Shown one piece after another: positions 39,107 through 48,200 of a stretch of DNA of 64,000 nucleotides. A program made the position numbers and the translations under genes. The notes below the pieces were generated by a model. The model was not told the DNA's origin, searched no databases, and saw only the letters and a program-made list of their open reading frames with translations. The stretch comes from Candidatus Multivoradales bacterium (GTDB lineage Bacteria > Acidobacteriota > Thermoanaerobaculia > Multivoradales > JAHEKO01). Location of the stretch: contig CBDCXM010000009.1 of assembly GCA_965223855.1 (NCBI GenBank), forward strand, positions 128,001 through 192,000, given 5' to 3'. Positions within the stretch are counted from its first letter, which is position 1. The number at the start of each line of letters is the position of its first letter.

Positions 39107-39548
39107 TCAGCCGGAGTTCCCGCCGCCGCCGGCCGCTACCCAGGCGCGGTGGTCGGCGAGCAGGCAACGGTCCTGCACAACCCCGATTCCGGCTTCCTCG
39201 AGCCGCCGTGCGACCTCGTCGTTGCGGATGCCGAGCTGGAACCAGATCCACCGGGGCGGCGGCTCGATCGCCAGTAGCTCGTCGAGGTGGCCGGGAAGGT
39301 GTGCGCTCCGGCGGAAGACATCGACCACGTCGATCGGCTCGGTCAAATCTTCCAGGCTCGCGACGACCGTCTCGCCCCACAACTCGCGGCCGGCGAACAC
39401 CGGGTTGACCGGCAGGATCCGATAGGCGCGATCGGCGAGGTAGTCCGGCACGTAGTGCGCCGGCTTTGTTCGGGTCGACGTGGGCGCCGAGGACGGCGAT
39501 GGTCTTCGCCTCGGCCAGGATGGTCTCGACGGCGTCAGGCAGCGGCAT
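39107..39548 (-). pseudogene. CoA-binding protein (YccU-like) interrupted by a +1 frameshift
   Basis: N-part IL.EAKTIAVLGA in one frame; VPDYL...PVNP, IDVVDVFRRS, WFQLGI, VVQDRCL in another; removing one T from TTT 39465-39467 restores NKPAHYVPDY. Confidence 0.85.
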
Positions 39549-39629
39549 CGTGACAGGGACTCCTTCCTCGCCGGCTACCGCCCGGCGACAGGCGCCACGA
39601 TACACTCGCCTTTTCTGGAGGAACCTCGC

Positions 39630-40160
39630 ATGAAGTCCTGTTCTCGTGGAATCGTCGTCTCGGTGGGGGTCGGACTGGCCCTCCTCACGACCGGCTGCGC
39701 CACCGTCGGGTTCACCCCGCCGGACATCACTCTCGTCGATGTCGCCTTCAGTGACCTGACGCTGTTCGAAAGCTCCGGCCGGCTGACGGTGCGGATCGCC
39801 AACGAGAACAGCGATCCGATCGTCGTCGACGGGGGCGTCTACAACCTCTACCTCAACGGCATCAGGGTCGGAAAGGGGCTCACGGACGCCAACTTCGAAG
39901 TCGCCCGCCTCAGCTCGGCGACCACCGACATCGAAGTCTTCATCAACAACATCGCCCTCGCCACCCGGCTGCGACAGATCATCGATTCGGGCTCGGTCGA
40001 CTACCGGCTCAAGGGGAAGCTGTTTCTCGATCGCCTCGGCCGCCGGGCGCAGCGCTTCGACCGCTCGGGCCGCTACGAGTTCAAGCGACGCAACGACGGC
40101 GATCCTCTCGACCTGGAGGGCACTCCCTTCGACTCGACCGACTCCGGCGGGCCGCGCTGA
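39630..40160 (+). CDS. LEA type 2 (WHy domain) lipoprotein
   Basis: Lipobox-like LLTTGC; P.ITL..V, L.VRIANEN..PI, Y.LYLNG.RVGKG, YRLKGKL; GGAGG RBS. Confidence 0.8.
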   Translation: MKSCSRGIVVSVGVGLALLTTGCATVGFTPPDITLVDVAFSDLTLFESSGRLTVRIANENSDPIVVDGGVYNLYLNGIRVGKGLTDANFEVARLSSATTDIEVFINNIALATRLRQIIDSGSVDYRLKGKLFLDRLGRRAQRFDRSGRYEFKRRNDGDPLDLEGTPFDSTDSGGPR

Positions 40161-40179
40161 CGAGCCGAAGCGCCTCACC

Positions 40180-40205
40180 GGAACAAACCACGAGCGTGCT
40201 CCGTA
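40180..40205 (+). promoter_or_regulatory. Possible ECF-type promoter upstream of the SPFH gene
   Basis: GGAAC-N17-CGTA about 80 bp upstream of ATG 40288. Confidence 0.3.
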
Positions 40206-40287
40206 CGGCAGCACGAGTGCATCGAAGCTCCCTCAGCGGAGCCTGTCCGAGCCCCGCCGGCTCGCGATTCGGAAAGGAAACACCACC

Positions 40288-41379
40288 ATGAGCATCCTCG
40301 AATTCCTCAAGGGCGAACTGCTCGAGATCATCGAGTGGACCGACGACTCCCGCGACATCCTCTGCTACCGCTTCCCCGACGACGACAAGGCGATCAAGCG
40401 CGGTGCGCAGCTCATCGTGCGCGAGTCGCAGGTCGCGCAGTTCGTCTACCTCGGCGAGTTCGGCGACACGTTCGGGCCCGGCAAGCACACCCTCGTCACC
40501 GACAACATCCCGATCCTGACGCGGCTCAAGTCTTGGAAGTACGGGCTCGAGTCGCCGTTCAAGGCCGACGTCTACTACGTCAACACGAGGCTTTTCACCG
40601 GCAACAAGTGGGGCACCGCCAACCCGATCATGATGCGCGACGAGGATTTCGGCATCGTCCGGGCGCGCGCCTTCGGCACCTTCGACTTCCGGATCGTCGA
40701 CGCGAAGCTGTTCCTCAAGGAGGTGGCCGGCTCCGATCACAACTTCCGCCTCGAGGAGTTCAGCGACACGATGCGCTCGCGCGTGGTGAGCACCTTCGCC
40801 GACGCGCTGGCGTCGTCGAACATCCCGGTGCTCGACGCGGCAACCCGCTACACCGAGCTCGGCGATGCGTTGCTGCCGGTGATCAACCCGGTGATGGTCG
40901 GCAAGTACGGCATCGAGATCGCCAGCTTCATCATCGAGAACGTCTCCGTGCCCAAGGAGGTCGAGGAGGCGATCGACAAGCGTTCGAGCATGGCCGCGGT
41001 GGGCGACCTCAACGAGTACGTCAAGTTCCAGATGGCGCAGGGGATGGCACAGGGCGGCGGCGGTTCGGCCGGTACGGCGACCGAGCTCGCGGTCGGCTTC
41101 GCCGTCGCGCAGCAGATGATGCAGCAACAGGGCGGCATCCTCGGCACCGCGTCGCCCGAAGCCCCCGGAGTCGGGCCGGCCAAGCCTCGACCGCCCGTAC
41201 AACCGCAGGTACAGACTCAGATTCCCGATCTGCTGACGCCGGCTCAGGCGGCCCAGGCGATGGGGGTCGAGGAGAGCGACGTGATGACGGTCATCGAAGC
41301 GGGTGAGCTCAAGGCGAAGAAGATCGGCTCGGCCTACCGCATCCGGCGCGACGCTCTCGAAGCGTTCCTGGCCGACTGA
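40288..41379 (+). CDS. SPFH (YdjI-like band 7) protein with C-terminal excisionase-type helix-turn-helix
   Basis: EIIEW, QLIVRESQVA, GPGKHTL.T.NIP, SPFKADVY, KWGT.NP; C-terminal LLTPAQAAQAMGV....V...I..GELKAKKIGSAYRI. Confidence 0.88.
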   Translation: MSILEFLKGELLEIIEWTDDSRDILCYRFPDDDKAIKRGAQLIVRESQVAQFVYLGEFGDTFGPGKHTLVTDNIPILTRLKSWKYGLESPFKADVYYVNTRLFTGNKWGTANPIMMRDEDFGIVRARAFGTFDFRIVDAKLFLKEVAGSDHNFRLEEFSDTMRSRVVSTFADALASSNIPVLDAATRYTELGDALLPVINPVMVGKYGIEIASFIIENVSVPKEVEEAIDKRSSMAAVGDLNEYVKFQMAQGMAQGGGGSAGTATELAVGFAVAQQMMQQQGGILGTASPEAPGVGPAKPRPPVQPQVQTQIPDLLTPAQAAQAMGVEESDVMTVIEAGELKAKKIGSAYRIRRDALEAFLAD

Positions 41380-41437
41380 CGCGGCCGGCAACCTCCGGCA
41401 ACTTCGAGGGGGTCGAGATGGCAGTCTGGATGCGGCG

Positions 41438-42520
41438 ATGACCGAAACTCTGGCGCTCGACAAGCACGGCTGCCCGGCTTGCGGAGCCCAGGCGGAGTGG
41501 AACCCCGGCACCCAGAACCTCTCGTGCGGCTATTGCGGCACGCAGTCGCCCTACGAGGTGACGACCGAGGGGGAGATCCGCGAGATCGACCTCGTCCGCA
41601 CCCTGCGCGAGATGCCGGAGGAGCTGCGCGGCTGGCAGGCGTCGAAGAAGAGCGTGCGCTGCCGCAGTTGCAAGGCGGTCTCGGTCTTCGACCCGGCCCG
41701 GGTCGGTCAGAACTGCGAGTTCTGCGGCTCCCCGGAACTGATCGACTACGACGAGCTCAAGCCGCCCATCCGGCCGCAGAGCGTGCTGCCGTTCAAGGTC
41801 AGCGAGGCGGCGGTGCGCGAGTCGCTGCGCCGCTGGTTCGGCAGCAAATGGCTCGCTCCGGGAAAGCTCAAGAAGAAGGCGCTCGTCGACACCGTCCGCG
41901 GCGTCTACATCCCCTACTGGACCTTCGACGCACAGGTCGATTGCCCCTGGCGGGCCGAGTCCGGCCACTACTACTACACCAGCCGCAGCGTCCGCGACTC
42001 GAACGGCCGGTTGCGGCGCCAGCGGGTGCGCCACGTCCGCTGGCGCCCAGCCTCGGGGCGGCTTCAGCACTTCTTCGACGACGAGCCGGTGCCCGGCACC
42101 CAGGGGATCCCGCTCGACCTGCTGAAGCAGGCCGAGCCGTTCCCGACCCGTGATCTCCTCCCCTACGACACTGCGTATCTCTCGGGCTTCATCGTCGAGC
42201 ACTACAAAGTCGTGCTGATCGAGGCGGCACAGGGCGCCCGGGAGTCGATGGAGGATCAGCTCCGGACGATGTGCGCGCATCGCATCCCCGGCGACACCTA
42301 CCGCAACCTGTCGATCGAGCCGATCTACAGCGGCGAGACGTTCAAGCACATCCTGGTGCCGGTGTGGGTGCTGTCCTACGACTATCGCGGGCGGCCGTTC
42401 CAGATGGTGGTCAACGGAGTGACCGGGAAGATCGCGGGCCGCTACCCGAAGAGCTTCTGGAAGATCTTCTTCCTCGTTGCGCTGATGGTGATCGTGATCG
42501 GCCTCGTGCTCTTCGCCTGA
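41438..42520 (+). CDS. Multi-zinc-ribbon protein with C-terminal transmembrane anchor (YdjG-like)
   Basis: Four CxxC pairs (CPAC, CGYC, CRSC, CEFC), P..VLPF, YIPYWTFD, LVPVW, VNGVTGKI.G; terminal hydrophobic helix. Confidence 0.82.
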   Translation: MTETLALDKHGCPACGAQAEWNPGTQNLSCGYCGTQSPYEVTTEGEIREIDLVRTLREMPEELRGWQASKKSVRCRSCKAVSVFDPARVGQNCEFCGSPELIDYDELKPPIRPQSVLPFKVSEAAVRESLRRWFGSKWLAPGKLKKKALVDTVRGVYIPYWTFDAQVDCPWRAESGHYYYTSRSVRDSNGRLRRQRVRHVRWRPASGRLQHFFDDEPVPGTQGIPLDLLKQAEPFPTRDLLPYDTAYLSGFIVEHYKVVLIEAAQGARESMEDQLRTMCAHRIPGDTYRNLSIEPIYSGETFKHILVPVWVLSYDYRGRPFQMVVNGVTGKIAGRYPKSFWKIFFLVALMVIVIGLVLFA

Positions 42521-42568
42521 ATTCTCTTCGCCAGAGCGCTCTTTGCCTGAGCGCCCTTTGCCTGAGTG
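42509..42568. repeat. Four imperfect 15-bp tandem repeats starting over the zinc-ribbon gene stop codon
   Basis: CTCTTCGCCTGAATT / CTCTTCGCCAGAGCG / CTCTTTGCCTGAGCG / CCCTTTGCCTGAGTG. Confidence 0.75.
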
Positions 42569-42592
42569 CTCAGGACGCGTCAGACTCGAACC

Positions 42593-42952
42593 ATGAACGC
42601 CCTCTTCGTCGGCGCCCTCTACGCCGCCCTCGCCGTCGCCGCCGGGGCTTTCGGCGCTCATGCCCTCGTGGAGCGGCTCGACCCGAAAGCGCTCGGACAG
42701 TGGAAGACCGCGGCGAGCTATCTGATGTACGGCGCTCTCGGTCTCCTCGCCACCGGAGTCCTCGCTCGCCTGTGGCAGGCGCCGCTGCGAGGCCCGACCC
42801 TGGCACTCGGGATCGGCAGCGCACTCTTCGCGGCCACCGTGTTCGCACTGGCCCTGGGCGGCCCGCGCTGGCTGGGCGCGATCACGCCGCTCGGCGGCGC
42901 CGGCATGATCCTCGGTTTCGCCTGGCTCGCTGTCTCGGCGCTCGGGCGCTAG
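42593..42952 (+). CDS. DUF423 (YgdD/TMEM256 family) membrane protein
   Basis: AVAAGAFGAHAL, WKTA..Y, LGAITPLGG. Confidence 0.9.
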   Translation: MNALFVGALYAALAVAAGAFGAHALVERLDPKALGQWKTAASYLMYGALGLLATGVLARLWQAPLRGPTLALGIGSALFAATVFALALGGPRWLGAITPLGGAGMILGFAWLAVSALGR

Positions 42953-42991
42953 CCCACGAGCCGGCCCACGGAGAAAGGGGCGGGATTTCGG

Positions 42992-43021
42992 CGAAGGATT
43001 GCGGCCCGCCGGTCATCCAAC
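42992..43021 (+). promoter_or_regulatory. Putative cognate ECF promoter, copy 1 (autoregulatory)
   Basis: CGAAGGATT-N13-CATCCAAC; the identical bipartite motif recurs at 48158-48187 on the minus strand. Confidence 0.75.
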
Positions 43022-43067
43022 ATGAAAGAGTCGGGCAGAACCCGCCCGACCCTCCCACCGGGAGCCG

Positions 43068-43700
43068 ATGAACCGCCGAGGGACAGAACGAGAGCTGATC
43101 CGCCGCATGCTCGGCGGCGAGCGGGAGGCGTTCGACCGCTTCTGCGACGAGTACGTGCCGCAGCTCTATCGCTTCGCCCGCCGCCGGCTGCGCGGCGACG
43201 ACGACGTGACACAGGAGGTCGTCCAATCGACCGTCTGCAAGGCGATCCGTGGACTCGGATCGTTCCGCGGCGAAGCTGCGCTGATGACCTGGCTATGCGC
43301 GGTCTGCCGCAACGAGATCGCTGCGCACTTCCGCCGGCGGACGAAGCACGACGGCGAGATCGCCCTCGACGCGCTCGAGACCGACACCCACCACGTGCTC
43401 GTCGATCACGACTCTCCCGACCCTGAAACGACCGCCATGCGGGCCGAGGGGCGGGAGCGGATTCACGATGTTCTCGACACCCTGCCACCGCACTATTCCG
43501 ATGCGCTGCAGATGAAGTACGTCGAGGGCCTGTCGACCCGCGAGATTGCCGACCGGCTCGAACTCTCGGCCAAGGCGACCGAGTCGCTCCTGACCCGAGC
43601 CCGAGTGAGATTCCGCCAGCGCTACTCGCGCGCGGAAGACCCGGTGACCGCACCGCCTCGAGAACGAGGCACGGTCGCCCCCCTGGAGTTTCAAGCATGA
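43068..43700 (+). CDS. ECF sigma-70 factor
   Basis: Region 2 (LYRFA..RL...EVVQ...SFRGEAALMTWL..VCRN) and region 4 (LP....AL.MKYVEGLS..EIA..L.......ESLL.RAR). Confidence 0.93.
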   Translation: MNRRGTERELIRRMLGGEREAFDRFCDEYVPQLYRFARRRLRGDDDVTQEVVQSTVCKAIRGLGSFRGEAALMTWLCAVCRNEIAAHFRRRTKHDGEIALDALETDTHHVLVDHDSPDPETTAMRAEGRERIHDVLDTLPPHYSDALQMKYVEGLSTREIADRLELSAKATESLLTRARVRFRQRYSRAEDPVTAPPRERGTVAPLEFQA

Positions 43701-44653
43701 GCGAGACCAAGATCCGACCGTTGCACGACCCCGAGATCGCTTCCGACCTGCGCTCCGCAGGCCCTCGCGAAGCCGTTCCACAGGAGGCGCTGGCCGCCAT
43801 CCGTGAGGCTGCGACCGTCGAATGGCAGGACGTCGTCCGCGGACGTCGGTCGGCCCGAAGAACGCGCCTGATGGCGGCGGCCGCGCTCGTCGCGGTCGCG
43901 CTCGGAGTTTCGCTGTGGGCGTGGCGCGGTACGACCGTCGGCGCCGAGAGCGTGGCTCTGGTCGAGGCAGCTCCCGCCTCGACGGTCTGGGCAACGGGCA
44001 TGCCGGTTTCCAGGGGGACCGTTCTCGCGCCCGAGACCGACCTGGCGCTGCGCCTTGCGGGCGGGCAGTCGATCCGGCTGCAGGGCGGGAGCGAAGTCAG
44101 GGTCGCGGCGGCCGACGCTCTCGAGCTGAGTCGCGGAACCCTCTACTTCGACTCGGCCGGCGCTCCGGCGGGCACGAGCCTCACCGTAGCGACCCCGTTC
44201 GGCTCCGTGAGTGACATCGGAACCCAGTTCGAGCTGCGCCTCTCCGAGGAAGAGCTGACCGTGAAGGTGCGCGAGGGCGCGGTCGATCTGTCCGCCCGGG
44301 AGGCGCCGATCCGGATCGGCCAGGGCGAGCAGCTCGTCCTCTCGAGCGACGGCAGCGTCGCACGCCACCCGGTCGATCGGTACGGAGAGACGTGGTCCTG
44401 GGTGGTCGCCCTGGCGAAGCCGGTCGAAGTCGAGGGTCTGCCGCTCGGCGACTTCCTCGACTGGTTCAGCCGCGAGACCGGCCAGGCGATCGACTACGCG
44501 AGCGCCGACATCGAGACGGCCTCCCGAGCCACCGTGCTGCACGGCTCCATCGAGGGACTCGACCCCTTCCGGGCGCTCGACGTCGTCCTCGCGAGCTCCG
44601 GCTTCACCTTCGAGGCGGTCGATGGACGGATCGTTCTCGACGACCCCTCCTGA
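43697..44653 (+). CDS. FecR-family transmembrane anti-sigma/sensor protein
   Basis: Single TM (AAAALVAVAL); LELSRG.LYFD, V.TPFG.V.DIGTQF, V.VREGAV; ATGA overlap with the sigma gene. Confidence 0.9.
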   Translation: MSETKIRPLHDPEIASDLRSAGPREAVPQEALAAIREAATVEWQDVVRGRRSARRTRLMAAAALVAVALGVSLWAWRGTTVGAESVALVEAAPASTVWATGMPVSRGTVLAPETDLALRLAGGQSIRLQGGSEVRVAAADALELSRGTLYFDSAGAPAGTSLTVATPFGSVSDIGTQFELRLSEEELTVKVREGAVDLSAREAPIRIGQGEQLVLSSDGSVARHPVDRYGETWSWVVALAKPVEVEGLPLGDFLDWFSRETGQAIDYASADIETASRATVLHGSIEGLDPFRALDVVLASSGFTFEAVDGRIVLDDPS

Positions 44654-44696
44654 GGTGTCCACCCCGGTTCGCTGAGCGCCTCGAAGCCCTGCGAAG

Positions 44697-47234
44697 CTAG
44701 AAGGTCACCCGCAAGCCGGCCGAAGGCAGAATCCCGGCCCACTCCTCGGCGATCCGGTCCAGCATCCCCGTGTCCTCGTCGATCTCGATGTCGAAACCGG
44801 CGACGTTGCCCCGGTCGTAGAGGTTCTGCACGTCGATCCAGAACGACCACGACGCCGACGGTGAGCGCCAGGAGCGGGCGAGTCGCAGATCGAGCCGGTG
44901 GTAGTCCGGGAGCCTCTCGCTCGCCCGTTCCCCGAGCACCGGGACGAACTCCACCTCTCCCTCCTCGTCGATCACCTGCTCGACACGGATCGGCGTCGTC
45001 GGCCAGCCGCTGTGAAACCGCCAGGCGGCATTCAAGGTCCAGCGCCCGCCGAGGCGCAGGTCGAGATCCGCGCTGAAGCTGTGCGGCTGATCGCCCGGTC
45101 TCGGGATCCAGCCGCCGGGTATGCGATCTTCGCTCGACGACCAGGCATAGTTGAGCCACCACCCCACTCGTCGGCCCGGCCGACCGCGAACGGACAGCTC
45201 GACACCCCGGGCCCGGCTGCGCCCCGGAGCGACGACGACGCGATCGGGCTCGAGCTCCGGGAACGTGTTGAGCGACTCGTAGAGGTTCTCGTAGCGGGGA
45301 AGTGGATTGCTGACCGGCCGCTCGTAGATCTCGAGCCGGAAGCCGACCCCCCGGCCGTCACCGCCAGGCACCCGCTCGTAGCCGACGACCCGGTGCTCCG
45401 CTCTCTCGACCGGCCGAAAGCTGGTCTCGCCGTCTTCGACCAGGAGCTCGTAGGGCCGTTGACTCTGATGGAAGCGGCCCCACGCCGCGCGGACGATCGA
45501 TCTCCCACCCAGATTCCGAGCGACGTTGATCCTCGGGCTCCAAAGTGACTCGTTGGTCTGAGAATGATGGTCGTAGCGCAGACCGACCTCGGTCGTCGTG
45601 GTGCCCCCTCCCTGGAGCCGACCCGAGAAGTACCCTGCGGCGTGCTGCTCGTCGAAGCTCTCGACGAAGCGCACCTCCTCGTTCGGCGGCTCGCGAATCA
45701 CCGCGAGGGGATTGATGAAGTCGTTGGTGGAGGCGTAGTCGTAGTCGGCGACGAAGCGGCGCAGCTGGCCGCCGACCTTGATCGAATGCCGGGACCCCAC
45801 TCGCGCCCGGAGATCGCTGCGAAACGCCTCCACCTCGAGAGTCCGTCGATCCTCGACGGTGATCTCGCCGTCCTCTTCGGCCTCGAAGCCGGTTCGCTCA
45901 CGCTCGATCCGGCTGCTCGAAAGCGCCGACTCGATCAGGACCGTAGGGCTTGCGAGGAGGGTGTGGGTCAGCCAGGCGTAGCTCGACAGATAGTCGGTCG
46001 CAGTCTGCTTCTCTCCGTCCTCCGAGACCTCCGCGAATTCCAGTTCGTCCTGTCCATGGAGGGCATTGAGCCGCCACGAGCTGGTGGCGGAGCCATCGAA
46101 CTCGAGCTTTCCGAAGGCGTCCCAGAAGCGCGGATCCTCGTTTCCCAGCAGTCGACTTGCGAGGTCGATCGAGCCGCGACGCCCGAGGCCCAGCCAGCGG
46201 CCCCGCTCCCCCTGGAACGACCCTGCACTCCCCGCCTCGAGAGAGAGCAGGCTGAGGCCGATCTCCGTCTGTCGGGGGCCGCTCGGACGGATGGTCACCA
46301 TGTCGAGGACGCCGCTCATGCGGTCGCCGTGTTCCGCGGGAAAGCCGCCTGTCGACAGCTCGACGCTCTCGAGCACCCGCGACGGAACGACGCTCAGGGC
46401 GTTGTCGAAGTCCTTCAGGTGGTAGGTCTCGAAGAGCTCCTGTCCGTCGAGAAGCACCCGGGTCTCGTCCCGTCTGCCCCCCCGGACGCTGAACGAGGCG
46501 CTGACGTCGTTGCCGGTGATCCCCGGCAGCAGGCTCAGAGCACGGAAGACGTCTCCGCCCAGATGAGGCAGCGCCTCGAGGTCGTCGCGGCTCAGCGCCA
46601 CCGGCGCGGCCGGCGCCTCGCGCAGCAGGGAGATCCGGCTCGGAGTGACGACGACCTCCTCCTCGGTCACGGGAGCGCGATCGAGCACGGCATCCGTCCG
46701 GACGGTTTCGCCGTGCCGCACACGAACCCCTTCGAGGCGAGCGACGACATATCCCCGCCGGGCGATGAGGAGCTCGTACTCGCCCAGCGGGAGCGCGAGA
46801 CTGAACCGGCCGTCAGGGCCGGTCCGGGTCTCTCGGGACCCCCCGCGCGCGCGCACCGAAGCCCCCGCCACGGGTGTCCCATCGCGAGCCCGAACCGCTC
46901 CGGCCACCGTGCCCTCGCTCTTGTCCCGGTCGACGACGACGAGGAGGTCGCCCTCTTCGCGCACGCCCAGGCCATGCTGGCTCAGAGCGAGCTCGAGGAG
47001 CCACCGCGCGTCGGTCCCCTCGAGCGCCGTCTCGAGCTCGAGCTGCGGCGTCACCAGCCGATCGCTGAAGACGAGCTCGAGCGACTCGCCGCGAAGCGTC
47101 TCGAGTACCTCGAGCAGAGACGTTCCGCGAGCGAATCGCAACTCCTGGCCGAAGACGCCGCCGGTGGTCAGGGAGAGCAGCACCGCCGGGACCGCGAACA
47201 ACCGCCATCCACGACCTCGCTCGCCCGCCGCCAT
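44697..47234 (-). CDS. TonB-dependent receptor with N-terminal signalling (STN-like) and carboxypeptidase-like domains
   Basis: SL.EVL..L....LELVFS N-domain; plug LPG...SVRGG...VLLDG...GGFPAEHGDRMSGVL; C-terminal PDYHRLDL, QNLYDR.N, terminal F. Confidence 0.9.
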   Translation of the reverse strand: MAAGERGRGWRLFAVPAVLLSLTTGGVFGQELRFARGTSLLEVLETLRGESLELVFSDRLVTPQLELETALEGTDARWLLELALSQHGLGVREEGDLLVVVDRDKSEGTVAGAVRARDGTPVAGASVRARGGSRETRTGPDGRFSLALPLGEYELLIARRGYVVARLEGVRVRHGETVRTDAVLDRAPVTEEEVVVTPSRISLLREAPAAPVALSRDDLEALPHLGGDVFRALSLLPGITGNDVSASFSVRGGRRDETRVLLDGQELFETYHLKDFDNALSVVPSRVLESVELSTGGFPAEHGDRMSGVLDMVTIRPSGPRQTEIGLSLLSLEAGSAGSFQGERGRWLGLGRRGSIDLASRLLGNEDPRFWDAFGKLEFDGSATSSWRLNALHGQDELEFAEVSEDGEKQTATDYLSSYAWLTHTLLASPTVLIESALSSSRIERERTGFEAEEDGEITVEDRRTLEVEAFRSDLRARVGSRHSIKVGGQLRRFVADYDYASTNDFINPLAVIREPPNEEVRFVESFDEQHAAGYFSGRLQGGGTTTTEVGLRYDHHSQTNESLWSPRINVARNLGGRSIVRAAWGRFHQSQRPYELLVEDGETSFRPVERAEHRVVGYERVPGGDGRGVGFRLEIYERPVSNPLPRYENLYESLNTFPELEPDRVVVAPGRSRARGVELSVRGRPGRRVGWWLNYAWSSSEDRIPGGWIPRPGDQPHSFSADLDLRLGGRWTLNAAWRFHSGWPTTPIRVEQVIDEEGEVEFVPVLGERASERLPDYHRLDLRLARSWRSPSASWSFWIDVQNLYDRGNVAGFDIEIDEDTGMLDRIAEEWAGILPSAGLRVTF

Positions 47235-47271
47235 CTCACGATCTCCCTGACATCTCGCGGAGCATACAGAA

Positions 47272-47308
47272 CGGGCGGGGCGCCTCCGTGTGGAGAAGCC
47301 CCCGCCCG
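47272..47308 (-). terminator. Stem-loop between the secreted protein gene and the TonB receptor gene
   Basis: CGGGCGGGGGCTTCTCC-ACAC-GGAGGCGCCCCGCCCG followed by TTCTGT. Confidence 0.45.
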
Positions 47309-47397
47309 ACGCGAGCTGGTGTTCAAGGACACTTCAGCCGTCAGCCACCCCCGGGGCGCGGACAAAGGGCGCGCTCCGGGGACGGCGTCGGCCGGCC

Positions 47398-48084
47398 TCA
47401 CTCGACCTCGAACTCGACCTCCGAGATCGTCCGGTTGCCGCTGCGCTCGATCGCGATGACCTCGACCTTGTAGGTTCCGGCGCGGCGCAGGAACTGCGGC
47501 GGGACCTGGAAGCTCGTCTGGTTGCGCCCCATGTCGATGCGGAACACCCTCAGCTGCGGCTCGTCCGTCTCGAGGACGACCTCGTAGCTCCTGATTCCGG
47601 AAACGGGAGCCCACTCGATGATCGCGTTGGCCCGATCGACCGTGCTCTCCTCCTCGGGGGAGAGGATCTCCGGCGCGTCGGGGAGGTTGTGGGTCAGGCG
47701 CGCACTGCCCCGAAGGCTCGCTCCGTCGGTGGTCCGACCGCGGAAGCGGTAGACGCCGGCCGGGAACAGCGCGAGAAACTCCTCCAGCGGCTGCTCGTCG
47801 AACGAGGGCTCGGCGCTCTCGATGAAGAGCTCCGTGATCCCCTGGAGAGCGATTCCGCCGTCGGCGGCAACTCCCATCACCGTTGTTCCGTTCGGCGCGA
47901 GCACCTCCATCGTGTCCCACTGCTCACCGTCCAGGAACACCTGGATCCCGGCGTCTCCGTCCGTGTCGTTGATCTCGATGTAGATCGCGGTCTCGTCGAG
48001 CCGCACGGCCAAAGCAGGCGTTGCCAACACCACGAGAGCGAGCATTGTGCTCACCGCCACAATTCCTACTGTCTTGCGCTGCAT
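47398..48084 (-). CDS. Secreted hypothetical protein with C-terminal Ig/FN3-like domain
   Basis: Signal peptide MQRKTVGIVAVSTMLALVVLATPALA; IEINDTDGDAGIQVFLDGEQW; C-terminal I.W.PV...Y.V...GTYKVEVIA...GN; GGAGA RBS. Confidence 0.78.
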   Translation of the reverse strand: MQRKTVGIVAVSTMLALVVLATPALAVRLDETAIYIEINDTDGDAGIQVFLDGEQWDTMEVLAPNGTTVMGVAADGGIALQGITELFIESAEPSFDEQPLEEFLALFPAGVYRFRGRTTDGASLRGSARLTHNLPDAPEILSPEEESTVDRANAIIEWAPVSGIRSYEVVLETDEPQLRVFRIDMGRNQTSFQVPPQFLRRAGTYKVEVIAIERSGNRTISEVEFEVE

Positions 48085-48157
48085 CCGTCGTCTCCTTTCA
48101 GCCGCGGGGTCGCGATTCGTCCCGGAACGGGAGAGACGCCTCGCCAGCCGTCGGTGA

Positions 48158-48187
48158 GTTGGATGCGGGAGCCCGGGAAATCCTTCG
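48158..48187 (-). promoter_or_regulatory. Putative cognate ECF promoter, copy 2
   Basis: CGAAGGATT-N13-CATCCAAC about 75 bp upstream of ATG 48084. Confidence 0.75.
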
Positions 48188-48200
48188 AGCCGGAAGCGAG

